Shown piece by piece: positions 1 to 9,309 of a stretch of DNA of 64,000 nt. The notes below the pieces were generated by a model, which did no database searches, had not been told where the DNA came from, and saw only the letters and a list, made by a program, of their open reading frames with translations. A program made the position numbers and the translations under genes. The stretch is from Bacteroidaceae bacterium (GTDB lineage: Bacteria; Bacteroidota; Bacteroidia; Bacteroidales; Bacteroidaceae). Every line of letters begins with the position of its first letter. The stretch's first letter is position 1. The stretch spans positions 19,392 through 83,391 of the forward strand of contig JAZRII010000010.1 of the NCBI GenBank assembly GCA_045645225.1, written 5' to 3'.

Positions 1-1
1 T

Positions 2-568
2 GCGCGCACCTATATCGGCGACATGAAGACCGACCGCAGGTACGATATCGGTTACCGGTTCGACGGAATCAGGCTGACGGAGAACACAAGCATGGATCTC
101 AGAAAACAGAAGACTGCGATTGCCGCTATCCCACAGCCCACGCACAACATGTCCAGCCATACCAGAAACAAGTACAATTATCTGTGGAACCTGAGCGATG
201 TTATTGTATTTACCGACTATTCGCCACGTAATGATTACCATGGCAAGTACAAGGGCAACGAATTGCCCTCAGTGACTATCGACCTGCATCTGCTGAAGGA
301 TGATGAGGTGCGTTCGTATCAGAAGAACAGGCGCTGGAAAATGAAGGGATTCTCCGTACCTGATGAGTTTTATTCCCCCGACTATTCAAGCCAGCCTCTG
401 CCCCAGGAGGACCATCGCCGCACCCTGTACTGGAATCCCAATGTAAGGCTGGATGCCAACGGGCAAAGTACAATAACGCTCTACAACAACTCATCCTCCA
501 GCATTCTGCAGATAAGTGCAGAAGGTTGGACCTCCGATGGCACTCCTCAGTGTGGAAATGTGAACTAA
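2..568 (+). CDS. C-terminal fragment of a larger conserved hypothetical protein (5' end outside window)
   Basis: Frame of ORF 23..568 stays open back to base 2; stop TAA 566-568; protein-like composition but no motif I can name. Confidence 0.55.
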   Translation, partial: ARTYIGDMKTDRRYDIGYRFDGIRLTENTSMDLRKQKTAIAAIPQPTHNMSSHTRNKYNYLWNLSDVIVFTDYSPRNDYHGKYKGNELPSVTIDLHLLKDDEVRSYQKNRRWKMKGFSVPDEFYSPDYSSQPLPQEDHRRTLYWNPNVRLDANGQSTITLYNNSSSSILQISAEGWTSDGTPQCGNVN

Positions 569-637
569 TATTGCTCAAAATGGGCATAAAAAGCAGAAAT
601 TACCCGCGCTTGAAGATTGTTTGTCGTAATAATTTGG

Positions 638-645
638 TAAATTTG
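638..645 (+). promoter_or_regulatory. Bacteroidetes-type -7 box TAAATTTG
   Basis: Matches TAnnTTTG, 33 nt upstream of ATG 678. Confidence 0.5.
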
Positions 646-677
646 CCTGCGCATAACATTATAAACCTATCAATACT

Positions 678-1781
678 ATGGAACAGAACGAACTGAAGAA
701 CATCGTTTCCCACTTCGCCATCCGTGGCACAGTAAGCGACATCAAGCCCCTTGGTGCAGGTCTTATCAATGACACCCTGCTGGTTACAACAGCCGAGGCA
801 GATGCCCCCAACTACGTGTTGCAGCGTGTGAATACCAATGTATTCCCCGATGTGGACCTGGTAATGCGCAACATCTATGCCGTTACCACACACATCCGCA
901 AGAAGCTGGAGGCTGCCGGCGAAACAGAGATCGACCGCAAGGTCCTGACCTTCATGCCAGCCAAGGACGACGAGACGAAACTCTATGCCATCGTGGACGG
1001 CCAGTACTGGCGCATGATGATATTCATTGAGAATGCCGTAACAAAGCAGGCTGTCAACCCCGAGAGTTCACGTGCCGCAGGCAAGGCTTTCGGCCAGTTC
1101 CAGGCCATGCTTGCCGACATCCCCGTGGAGTTGGGCGAGACTATCAAGGATTTCCACAACATGGAGTTCCGTCTGCAGCAGTTGCGCGAGGTTATTGCCA
1201 AGGACCCCGTAGGCCGTGTTGCCGAGCCCGAGGTGCAGGCCATGCTGAAGGAGATCGACGCCCGTGCCGAGTACATGTGCCAGGCAGAGCGCATGGGACG
1301 CGAGGGTGTACTGCCCAAGCGTGTGTGCCATTGCGATACCAAGGTGAACAATATGATGTTCGACCAGCAGGACAACGTACTCTGCGTAATCGACCTGGAC
1401 ACCGTGATGCCCAACTTCATCTTCTCCGACTATGGCGACTTCCTGCGCACCGGTGCCAACAAGGTGGCCGAGGACTTCCAGGACATGGATGCCGTATGCT
1501 TCGATGTGGATATCTTCAAGGCATTCACCGAGGGCTACCTGGCCAGCGCAAGCAGTTTCCTGACACGTGTGGAAATTGAAAACCTCCCCTATGCGGTGAA
1601 ACTCTTCCCCTACATGCAGTGCGTACGCTTCCTGTGGGACTATCTCAGTGGCGACAAGTACTGGAAGTGCCAGTATGCCAACCACAACTTCGTGCGTGCC
1701 AACAACCAGCTGCATCTGCTCTTCAGCATTGAAAAGCACGAGCCTGAGATGGAGGCATTCATCGCAGATTGCTTGAAGTAA
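678..1781 (+). CDS. APH-family kinase (aminoglycoside phosphotransferase / N-acetylhexosamine-1-kinase-like)
   Basis: 367-aa ORF, ATG start; Brenner motif HCDTKVNN (HxDxxxxN) followed by IDLDT metal-binding Asp. Confidence 0.85.
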   Translation: MEQNELKNIVSHFAIRGTVSDIKPLGAGLINDTLLVTTAEADAPNYVLQRVNTNVFPDVDLVMRNIYAVTTHIRKKLEAAGETEIDRKVLTFMPAKDDETKLYAIVDGQYWRMMIFIENAVTKQAVNPESSRAAGKAFGQFQAMLADIPVELGETIKDFHNMEFRLQQLREVIAKDPVGRVAEPEVQAMLKEIDARAEYMCQAERMGREGVLPKRVCHCDTKVNNMMFDQQDNVLCVIDLDTVMPNFIFSDYGDFLRTGANKVAEDFQDMDAVCFDVDIFKAFTEGYLASASSFLTRVEIENLPYAVKLFPYMQCVRFLWDYLSGDKYWKCQYANHNFVRANNQLHLLFSIEKHEPEMEAFIADCLK

Positions 1782-1814
1782 CGTTCCGCCCCGCAAAAAG
1801 CGGAGCACAAATGA

Positions 1815-3200
1815 ATGAAACAGAACTATAGTTTTATGTCCACTATCAGGAAGTATGCCGAAAGCGGCAAACTCCTGATAGTGGCAACAATCGCCGCCCT
1901 GATTGCGGCAAACTTGCCTTCAACTCGTGACCTGTATAGCAGTTTCTGGCAAGAACCCCTACAATTCGTTGTTGCAGGCTTCGACCTGCTTGCCCACAAT
2001 GGCAAGAGCCTGACCATAGGCGGTTTTATCAACGACTTTTTCATGGCCATCTTCTTCCTCTCCGTGGGCCTGGAACTGAAGAGGGAGATTTTCTGCGGAG
2101 GAGAACTCTCCTCCTTGCGTAAAGCCCTGCTTCCCGTCCTTGCAGCCATAGGCGGCATGATAATGCCCACCATAGTGTTTGGCATAGCGTGTTACCTGAC
2201 AGGCGATGCTACATACATGGAGGTCATGGAGCGTGGCATGCCCATCCCCATGGCCACGGATATTGCCTTCTCCCTGGGTGTGCTGGCCATGTTCTCCAAG
2301 CGTGTGCCCACGGGACTGAAGGTATTCCTCGCCACACTGGCCGTGGCAGACGACCTTGGCGGTATCTTTGTCATCGCCGTCAACTACACCGAACACATCT
2401 CCTTGCCACACCTTGGCGGCGTGCTTGCTTGCGTGATGGCATGCCTGTACCTTTCCTACCGGCACGTGCACAGCAAGTTTGGCTACATCGCCATAGGCCT
2501 GTTCATGTGGTGGTTCATGTTCCAGAGCGGCATACACTCCACCATAGCAGGTGTGGTATTGGCCTTCTGCATACCTGCCAGACTTAGCCATGGCACTAAG
2601 TATTACATAGAGAAGATACGTGTGCAGATAGACAAGTTCCCCCAGTACGAGGTTACCGCCCACGACAAGCGCACTCCGCACATGCTCACTCAGACAGACA
2701 TTCAGGACCTCCGTGCCATCGAGTCCGCCTCCGACCACCTCATCTCCACACTGCAGGACACGGAGGACGTGCTTCGCAATCCCATAAGCATACTCATCAT
2801 CCCCATCTTTGCCTTTGCCAATGCCGGCGTATGCTTCGAGGGCATGAGCATAGACAATCTCATACAGGGCGTGGGACTTGGTGTCTTCCTTGGTCTTGTC
2901 TTAGGCAAGTTCTCCGGTGTCATGCTGGCATGCTGGATCAGTATCAAGGCAAGGATAGTACAGTTGCCCGACGGCGCCAACTGGCCCTCACTGGCAGGCG
3001 TTGCCATGCTTTGCGGCATAGGCTTCACCGTGAGCATGTTCATGGCCGAACTGTCATATCCATTGGACCTTGAGGGTCAAAGTCCCGATACCATGCGCCT
3101 GCTTCTCAACGATGCAAAACTGGGTATCCTTTGCGGCACTATCACCAGCGCCATTTTAGGTTCGCTGATATTGCACAAGACCTTGCCCAAGAGCAGATAG
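1815..3200 (+). CDS. nhaA: Na+/H+ antiporter NhaA
   Basis: 461-aa polytopic membrane ORF with typical NhaA blocks (FFLSVGLELKRE, ALLPVLAAIGGMIMP, MATDIAF, LAVADDLGG). Confidence 0.93.
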   Translation: MKQNYSFMSTIRKYAESGKLLIVATIAALIAANLPSTRDLYSSFWQEPLQFVVAGFDLLAHNGKSLTIGGFINDFFMAIFFLSVGLELKREIFCGGELSSLRKALLPVLAAIGGMIMPTIVFGIACYLTGDATYMEVMERGMPIPMATDIAFSLGVLAMFSKRVPTGLKVFLATLAVADDLGGIFVIAVNYTEHISLPHLGGVLACVMACLYLSYRHVHSKFGYIAIGLFMWWFMFQSGIHSTIAGVVLAFCIPARLSHGTKYYIEKIRVQIDKFPQYEVTAHDKRTPHMLTQTDIQDLRAIESASDHLISTLQDTEDVLRNPISILIIPIFAFANAGVCFEGMSIDNLIQGVGLGVFLGLVLGKFSGVMLACWISIKARIVQLPDGANWPSLAGVAMLCGIGFTVSMFMAELSYPLDLEGQSPDTMRLLLNDAKLGILCGTITSAILGSLILHKTLPKSR

Positions 3201-3224
3201 GCGGACAAGGTATAGCCTGCCTGT

Positions 3225-3232
3225 CCCCCCCC
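3225..3232. repeat. C8 homopolymer tract
   Basis: ctgtCCCCCCCCtccctc between convergent nhaA and the 750-aa gene. Confidence 0.9.
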
Positions 3233-3276
3233 TCCCTCTCCATTCCGTGGAGGCAAAAGACCATGTTGCAAAACAA

Positions 3277-3313
3277 ATATAGGGCGTGTCCAAACGACGG
3301 ACACGCCCTATAT
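3277..3313. terminator. Bidirectional hairpin terminator between convergent genes
   Basis: Perfect 15-bp stem ATATAGGGCGTGTCC / GGACACGCCCTATAT, 7-nt loop, A/T-rich flanks. Confidence 0.75.
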
Positions 3314-3331
3314 TCAATATCATGTATGTAC

Positions 3332-5584
3332 TTACTCTGCTACAGTGCTGTCGTTGGCAACAGCCTCTGCGGTATTGGCGGTTTCAACGCTTTCCACGTT
3401 ATCCACGCTTTCCACTACTTCCACGACTTCTGCCTCAGCCTCATTGAAGCATGGTATGGGAGAGGGGAGTTTGGCCCATGCCAGGAGGTTTGCCAACCAA
3501 AGTCCGGCAAACAAAAGGGCAAGCGCAATCAGCGAGACAGCCCATTTCTGCCAAGTGGGCATTCCCTTCTTGGCATATGGATCCTTCAGTTTGAGTTTGG
3601 GGAACTTGGCGGTGTCAGTCAAGGTTTCACCGAAGGGGATGCTTATTTTGGAGGCCGCATTGATAGCCCAGCCATTGGCATTGAGCAAGGGGGCTATGTT
3701 GCGACGGCGGAGTTTCAACCATGCCATTACCATAGATGGACCTGAAATAACAAGTATTATGCCTACGAAGGCGGCTATCAACTGCCACAAGTCAAGATCA
3801 AGAATTCCCCTGAATAGAGAAGTAAGGGCAGTGCCAATCATGCCCACGGCCATGCCTATGGCAGCAGCGATACCGGCAAACTTGGCTATGTCAAAGGGAG
3901 GTGCCGCTTTGGCATCTGCAGCCTCAGCATCCGCCACAGGTGCTTCATTGATTTTTGCAGTCATGTCCTTCATCATGTTTGCATCCTTGTCGGCAGCACT
4001 CTTGTTGATGAAATCCTCAATGGCAACAGCCATACGGCGGTAAGGTGACCAGAAGGCCTGACCTATGCTAATGGGATTGTCTATGACCTTTGTGATGACA
4101 GCATCCCATATCATACCCTTGTTGTCATAGTAAATGGCATTCTTTCCTACGGTGAGGTCACGTACCTCGCCCACGGTAACAGCAGCCACAATGGTTTCCT
4201 TGGCTGGAGTGGTCTTGCTGGTGCAGTCGCAATATACGAGATACATGCCACTTGCCGCCGCCATGGTGTTATGCTTGTTCATGTCAGCAACCTTTATGCA
4301 GAGGCGGCATTCACGTTGGTCAATGATGAGTCGTCCACTCTGGAAAATGGCGTTCACCGTCTTGTTCTTGTCGTAGAAGTCGTGGAACGTAACAAAGTTG
4401 CGCAACAAGCAGTAGAAGTCGCGATAGATATGAAGGAACTTGTCAACCATCTCTATGCTTTCCGCCTCCTCTTTGAGAGCACTGTCTTGTGCCACAAGGT
4501 CAAGCAGTGCCTGCTTCCTGTCATCTGAGATGAACTTCTCTATGGCCTCCATGCCAAGAGATTCCACTTCTGAGCCTTTCTTGGCTGCCTTCCAGGCATT
4601 GTATGCGGCAAAGGAGCCTCCGATAGCCGCCCATGACTCCTCGGTAAAGAACTTTTCTGCAGGCTTAACGATAGAAACGAGAGTATTGAACTGTGCTGCC
4701 CATGCAGGGTTGATTGCTGCGTCTATAGACAATTCGGCCTTGTCGGTGATACGTGCCAAAGGATATGAGGCAATCTCACAGGTCTTGCCAGTAAGGTTAT
4801 CGGCACTGATTGTCTCGATGAGGGTTGTCTGCACATCAAGTTTTGCCGTGCTCTCGGGAGCGAATGCTGCCAGTTTGGCACGCACAAAATAATCCTTGAC
4901 CTTGGCATCCAAAGCATTGTAAGCCTCTATGGCCTTGTCGGTATCGGCACCATAGGGCGCTTCTACGGCAGCAGTTTGCCATGCGGTATAGTCAGCCAGG
5001 GACTGGTAGAATTTCTCTATCAATTCGGTGTTCACGCCATTGTCGCCACTGCGGTCGGCAACGCTGCCCATTGTCTTTATTATTGTGGCTATGGTAGCCT
5101 TCTCGTCTTGGTCATCGGCGGTAAGTTCCGTGATGATGCCATCGCCATTGAATCGTGTCTTGGCAAATATGGCCTCTATGTCGGTCGTGTCGGCAAGCGA
5201 AATTACATTGCCCTCCTTGTTGAGGTTGGCAAGAATTTGTCTGCTGGAGTTATAGAGTTTCTTTCCTTCGGCGTTCTCCTGATTAAAGTCGGTGATGTCA
5301 AAGTTGTCGGCACCTTTGAGCAAGAGGTCGGCATTCTTGATGGCCGCAGTAATCCACTTGGCCGTGGCAACTATTTCGTTCACACGTATACGTCCATCAC
5401 TGTCGGCATCAATGTACTTCAGACTTTTTTCCTCAATCTCCAGGCCCGTTGTGGGGCATGAGAGCACGGTCCACATTTTGGGATCCAGTTGGTCAAGGTG
5501 AGCGATGTCGGCTCCCGTTGTGATTTTAACCCTGGTAGAACCTCCTATATTCTCGTAGTTCCACTGATGTTTCTTCTGCTTCAT
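3332..5584 (-). CDS. Large protein of unknown function: soluble N-terminal region with an EF-hand loop, three C-terminal TM helices, acidic repetitive tail
   Basis: ORF 3332..5818 trimmed to ATG 5582-5584 (MKQKKHQ...) because a minus-strand -7 box at 5637-5644 lies inside the longer ORF. Canonical Ca loop DADSDGRIRVNE. Hydrophobic segments FAGIAAAIGMAVGMIGTALTSLF, LWQLIAAFVGIILVISGPSMVMAWL, WAVSLIALALLFAGLWLANLLAW. Confidence 0.8.
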   Translation of the reverse strand: MKQKKHQWNYENIGGSTRVKITTGADIAHLDQLDPKMWTVLSCPTTGLEIEEKSLKYIDADSDGRIRVNEIVATAKWITAAIKNADLLLKGADNFDITDFNQENAEGKKLYNSSRQILANLNKEGNVISLADTTDIEAIFAKTRFNGDGIITELTADDQDEKATIATIIKTMGSVADRSGDNGVNTELIEKFYQSLADYTAWQTAAVEAPYGADTDKAIEAYNALDAKVKDYFVRAKLAAFAPESTAKLDVQTTLIETISADNLTGKTCEIASYPLARITDKAELSIDAAINPAWAAQFNTLVSIVKPAEKFFTEESWAAIGGSFAAYNAWKAAKKGSEVESLGMEAIEKFISDDRKQALLDLVAQDSALKEEAESIEMVDKFLHIYRDFYCLLRNFVTFHDFYDKNKTVNAIFQSGRLIIDQRECRLCIKVADMNKHNTMAAASGMYLVYCDCTSKTTPAKETIVAAVTVGEVRDLTVGKNAIYYDNKGMIWDAVITKVIDNPISIGQAFWSPYRRMAVAIEDFINKSAADKDANMMKDMTAKINEAPVADAEAADAKAAPPFDIAKFAGIAAAIGMAVGMIGTALTSLFRGILDLDLWQLIAAFVGIILVISGPSMVMAWLKLRRRNIAPLLNANGWAINAASKISIPFGETLTDTAKFPKLKLKDPYAKKGMPTWQKWAVSLIALALLFAGLWLANLLAWAKLPSPIPCFNEAEAEVVEVVESVDNVESVETANTAEAVANDSTVAE

Positions 5585-5636
5585 ATTATTATATAGGTAT
5601 ATGTTAATTTTTTGGTGAACGGCTATAAAATCCGTA

Positions 5637-5644
5637 CAAAAATA
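5637..5644 (-). promoter_or_regulatory. -7 box TATTTTTG (minus strand)
   Basis: Plus strand CAAAAATA; about 50 nt upstream of ATG 5584. Confidence 0.5.
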
Positions 5645-5803
5645 GTATAAGGCGAGAGAAAAAGCAAATGTCAACGGAAGAAAGTGGTGATAAGCCCTGC
5701 ATTTTATCCTTTGGATGTGCTTTGGGTTCAACAGACAACTCTGTTTCGGACATTTGCCCGGAATGGTTGGATGTAAATTGAAACTCAAATACTGATAAAG
5801 GAA

Positions 5804-5829
5804 AAAGAGGATGTGCATACACCCTCTTT
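5804..5829 (-). terminator. Probable terminator of the acyl-CoA ligase gene
   Basis: AAAGAGG..CCTCTTT stem with inner TGT/ACA pairs; on the minus strand it is followed by TTTTCCTTT. Confidence 0.45.
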
Positions 5830-5904
5830 CCTGTTATCTTGGTTTAGTGTTGGTCCGCCTGTTTTCATGACCTGTCATATTGCCATGGGCGCAACGCAAT
5901 AGTT

Positions 5905-7806
5905 CTACAGCACTGCCTCCATGTTCTGTGGATTGAGCGTCTGCTTGCCCTCGCTGGAGTACATGTAGTCGATGCGTTCCTTGTAGGCCTTCTCGATCTT
6001 GGGACGAACCATCTTCATGGTGGAGTTTATCATCTGGTTCTGCTCGGTGAAAGGTTCTGCCAGTACGGCAAAACTGCTGGGCAGCCAACGCTCGGGGAAC
6101 ATGCCCTGGAACTCGCCTCCCTTCTTGAAGCGTGCCAGTTCGCCTTCCAGTTTCATAAGGGCAGCCTTGCGGCCCTTCTCGCTCTCAGGCTTCAGATTGT
6201 TGTCCTTCAGGTAGCGGCGCAGAGCGTCCTTGTTGGCTACTATCAGGGCAGTGGTTGTGGCGCACTGGTTGTTGTAGAGCATCACCTGGTCAATGAAGGG
6301 TGACTTCTCCACCAGAGCCTCCTCAATACCCTCGGGGCTGTACTTCTCGCCATCGCTGGAGATGAGCAGGCTCTTGAAGCGGCCCTTCACATAGAGCAGA
6401 CCTTCCTTGCTCATATAGCCGAGGTCGCCAGTGTAGAGGTAGCCGTTGCGCACGGTATCTGCCGTAGATTCAGGGTTCTTCCAGTAGCCAGCCATCACGT
6501 TTTCGCCCTTGACAACAATCTCGCCCATTTCGCCCACAGGCAGTTCCTTGCCATCCATATCGCATATCTTCAGTTCGATGGGCTTTACCAGTTTGCCGCT
6601 GGAACCGAAACGGTAGAGTTCGGGACCATTGCTGGAGATTACGGGAGTTGCCTCGGACAGGCCATAGCCCTGGTACATGGGTATGCCTATGCCCACGTAG
6701 AATTTCTGCAAGTCCTTGTCCAACAAGGCACCGCCGCCGATGAAGAACTTAAGTTCGCCGCCGAAATTGTCGCGCACCTTGGAGAACAGAATCTTGTCGA
6801 ACAGGGCACAAAGGGGTTTCAGCGCATAGCGCCATCCCTTGAAGTCAAGGTTGCTGTCGCCATAGTAAAGCTGCTTCACCTTCATACCCCAGTTGAATAG
6901 TCTTACGGCGCCGTTGCCCTTGGCACGGATACCCTGCTCTATGTTCTTCTTGAAGGTCTTTGCCAGGGCAGGAACACTGAGGATGAAGTGAGGCTTCACC
7001 TCCTTGATGTTAAGCGGGATGTTCTTCAGGGTCTCCATGGGAGTGCGTCCCACCTGTACCGTGGCTGCTGTGGCACCCTTGCTCATCATGATGTAGAAGC
7101 CAACGACGTGTGCAAAGCAGTGGTCGAGGGGCAGGATAATGAGTGTGCGCCATGTCTCGTCAATGTCCACCAGCGTGCATGCCTGTTCCACATTGGCGGT
7201 ATAGTTGCGGTGGGTGAGCACCACGCCCTTGGGGTCGGCAGTAGTTCCGCTGGTATAGGTGATGGTGGCATAGTCGTCGTTCTGTATGGACTGTCCCACG
7301 GCAAGGAATTCCTCCATGGTGTGCTCCTTCAGAAACTTGTCGCCCATCTGGAAAACCTCCTCCACAGAGATTTCCTTCTCCTGGTATTCTGCCTGCGCAT
7401 CCAGCACGATGACCTTCTCCAGCAGAGGCAGGCTGTCCTTTATCTGACGGATTTTCTTCAGCTGTGTGCCGGATACCATTACAAACTTCACGTCGCCGTG
7501 CTGAAGGCGGAAGAACAGGTCGTTGCTTTCTTCCAGTTTAATGGAAAGGGGCACATTGATGGCACCTGCATAGAACATGGCCAGTTCGCCGATGACCCAC
7601 AGGTTGCGTCCCTCGCTGAGCAGTGCCATGGTGTCGCCTTTCTTCACTCCCAGTGCCTGCAATCCGGCACCCAGACGATAAACCTGTTTCTGCACCTCGG
7701 TGTATGTGGTGGGACGGAATTTGCCCTCACTCTTCTCCAGCAGGAAGGTGTTGCCTGGATACTGCTGTACCGAACTCTCGAAGAGATCTATGATAGTCTT
7801 CTTCAT
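5905..7806 (-). CDS. AMP-dependent long-chain acyl-CoA synthetase/ligase
   Basis: 633-aa ORF, ATG start; AMP-binding signature ITYTSGTTADPKGV and later YTGDLG block. Confidence 0.9.
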   Translation of the reverse strand: MKKTIIDLFESSVQQYPGNTFLLEKSEGKFRPTTYTEVQKQVYRLGAGLQALGVKKGDTMALLSEGRNLWVIGELAMFYAGAINVPLSIKLEESNDLFFRLQHGDVKFVMVSGTQLKKIRQIKDSLPLLEKVIVLDAQAEYQEKEISVEEVFQMGDKFLKEHTMEEFLAVGQSIQNDDYATITYTSGTTADPKGVVLTHRNYTANVEQACTLVDIDETWRTLIILPLDHCFAHVVGFYIMMSKGATAATVQVGRTPMETLKNIPLNIKEVKPHFILSVPALAKTFKKNIEQGIRAKGNGAVRLFNWGMKVKQLYYGDSNLDFKGWRYALKPLCALFDKILFSKVRDNFGGELKFFIGGGALLDKDLQKFYVGIGIPMYQGYGLSEATPVISSNGPELYRFGSSGKLVKPIELKICDMDGKELPVGEMGEIVVKGENVMAGYWKNPESTADTVRNGYLYTGDLGYMSKEGLLYVKGRFKSLLISSDGEKYSPEGIEEALVEKSPFIDQVMLYNNQCATTTALIVANKDALRRYLKDNNLKPESEKGRKAALMKLEGELARFKKGGEFQGMFPERWLPSSFAVLAEPFTEQNQMINSTMKMVRPKIEKAYKERIDYMYSSEGKQTLNPQNMEAVL

Positions 7807-7850
7807 AAAAACAAGAGTATTTGTTATGTATTATTACTACAATTATCACA

Positions 7851-7858
7851 CAAATATA
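7851..7858 (-). promoter_or_regulatory. -7 box TATATTTG (minus strand)
   Basis: Plus strand CAAATATA, about 45 nt upstream of ATG 7806. Confidence 0.5.
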
Positions 7859-7911
7859 CAGATATTTGCCGAAAAGCACTACGATAAGGACATTTTTTTT
7901 TCAAATATCCT

Positions 7912-7919
7912 TACCTTTG
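7912..7919 (+). promoter_or_regulatory. -7 box TACCTTTG
   Basis: TAnnTTTG match 115 nt upstream of ATG 8034; the predicted leader contains repeat 7937-8020. Confidence 0.45.
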
Positions 7920-7936
7920 TGTACATGTACATTCTG

Positions 7937-8020
7937 GTTTAGTGTTTAGAGTTTAGAGTTTAGAGAACTGATGAGCGACTTAGCTTATCGTCCTCGTTAT
8001 CGTCTTCGTCATCGTCATCG
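7937..8020 (+). repeat. Core-less relative of the modular repeat family
   Basis: GTTTAGTG/GTTTAGAG stutter + AGAACTG junction, then ATGAGCGACTTAGCTTA where other copies carry the 46-nt core, then CGTCCTCG/CGTCATCG stutter. Confidence 0.7.
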
Positions 8021-8033
8021 TAATACATAGTTT

Positions 8034-9230
8034 ATGAGCAACATAATAAATCCCTTTGCGCGTCCGCTGTACGTAATGGCCAAGCCTGCCGGAGCACATT
8101 GCAATCTGGCATGCGACTATTGCTACTACCTCGAGAAGCAGAAACTGTATCAGAACGGCGAGAAGCATGTCATGTCCGACCAACTCACCGAGGTGTTCGT
8201 ACGCGAGTACATACAGTCGCAGTTCACCCGCGAGGTCAACTTCACATGGCATGGCGGCGAACCCATGATTCGTCCTCTGGACTACTACAAAAAGGTGGTT
8301 CGCTGGCAGCGCCAGTATGCCGAGGGACGAGCCATGCTGAACTGCCTGCAAACCAACGGCACCCTGCTCACCCCCGAATGGTGCCGCTTTCTGCACGACG
8401 AGGGATGGCTCGTAGGCATCAGCATAGACGGTCCGCAGGACATGCACGATGCCTACCGTACAAGGCACAACGGTGCCCCAACCTGGGAAAAGGTAATGCG
8501 TGCCATTGAGATGCTGGACCGCTATCAGGTGGAATGGAATGCCATGGCAGTGGTGAACGACATCACAGCGTCGCGCCCCCTGGACTTCTACCGTTTCTTC
8601 CGCGACGAACTGGAGTGCATGTACCTGCAGTTCACCCCCGTGGTGGAAAGGATTCGCCGTCATGCCGACGGCCGCCATCTGGCACATGTCATGGATGGCG
8701 AGGAGTACAGCCTTGCCCCCTTCAGCGTTGCGCCAGAGGCATGGGGAGAATTTCTCTGCACCGTGTTTGACGAGTGGTACCGTAATGATGTTGGCAAGAT
8801 GTTCGTGCAAACCTTTGAAGCCACGCTGGCAAACTGGGTAGGCGTCACTCCCGGTGTCTGCTCGCTGTCCGACTGGTGCGGACACGCTGCCGTGATGGAG
8901 CACAACGGCGACATATACTGCTGCGACCATTTTGTCTTCCCCGAATACTATCTTGGCAACATCCGCAACCGTGGCATCCTGGACATGATGAACAGCGAAA
9001 GGCAGACTGCCTTTGCCGACATGAAGACCAAGGGGCTGCCCCTCCAGTGCAAGCAGTGCCAGTGGCAGTTTGCCTGCCATGGCGAATGTCCAAGAAACCG
9101 CTTTGCCAAAACCAAGGACGGAGAACCAGGCCTCAACTACCTGTGCAAGGGCTATCAGCGCTTCTTCGAGCATTCCGCTCCTTTTATGGAACAGTTGAAA
9201 AAGGATTTCCTCGAGAGGGAGCAGGCTTAA
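8034..9230 (+). CDS. Anaerobic sulfatase-maturating enzyme (radical SAM, SPASM-type)
   Basis: CNLACDYCYY (CxxxCxxC) near the N-terminus; C-terminal Cys clusters CSLSDWCGH, CCDHF, CKQCQWQFACHGECP. Confidence 0.9.
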   Translation: MSNIINPFARPLYVMAKPAGAHCNLACDYCYYLEKQKLYQNGEKHVMSDQLTEVFVREYIQSQFTREVNFTWHGGEPMIRPLDYYKKVVRWQRQYAEGRAMLNCLQTNGTLLTPEWCRFLHDEGWLVGISIDGPQDMHDAYRTRHNGAPTWEKVMRAIEMLDRYQVEWNAMAVVNDITASRPLDFYRFFRDELECMYLQFTPVVERIRRHADGRHLAHVMDGEEYSLAPFSVAPEAWGEFLCTVFDEWYRNDVGKMFVQTFEATLANWVGVTPGVCSLSDWCGHAAVMEHNGDIYCCDHFVFPEYYLGNIRNRGILDMMNSERQTAFADMKTKGLPLQCKQCQWQFACHGECPRNRFAKTKDGEPGLNYLCKGYQRFFEHSAPFMEQLKKDFLEREQA

Positions 9231-9273
9231 CAGAATAAAATAAAGGAATAAAATAGTCCTCGCTACTGGTACG

Positions 9274-9309
9274 ATTAAACCCAAATCGCTATGTCGATTT
9301 GGGTTTAAT
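9274..9309. terminator. Bidirectional hairpin terminator
   Basis: Perfect 15-bp stem ATTAAACCCAAATCG / CGATTTGGGTTTAAT, 6-nt loop, between convergent genes; 3' arm overlaps the murI stop. Confidence 0.75.

Noticed and set aside
5585-5818. N-terminal extensions offered by the ORF track (5818, 17525, 18776, 34265, 34338, 37871, 37929, 61846, 50996, 16087)
   Set aside because: Several of these are TTG/GTG codons printed as M. The extensions overlap promoter boxes or repeats and lack signal or family sequence, and in-frame ATGs give canonical N-termini.
7980-9284. 434-aa minus-strand ORF opposite the sulfatase-maturase gene. Similar long antisense ORFs: 37961-39745(-), 45761-47140(-), 47553-48815(+), 27407-28681(-), 21940-22746(-), 53259-54368(+), 58319-59350(+), 60158-61171(+), 40551-41543(-)
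   Set aside because: Each lies fully inside a gene with unmistakable family motifs on the other strand. Their translations are low-complexity (H/V/G/L/A rich) with no motifs. They are typical shadow ORFs.
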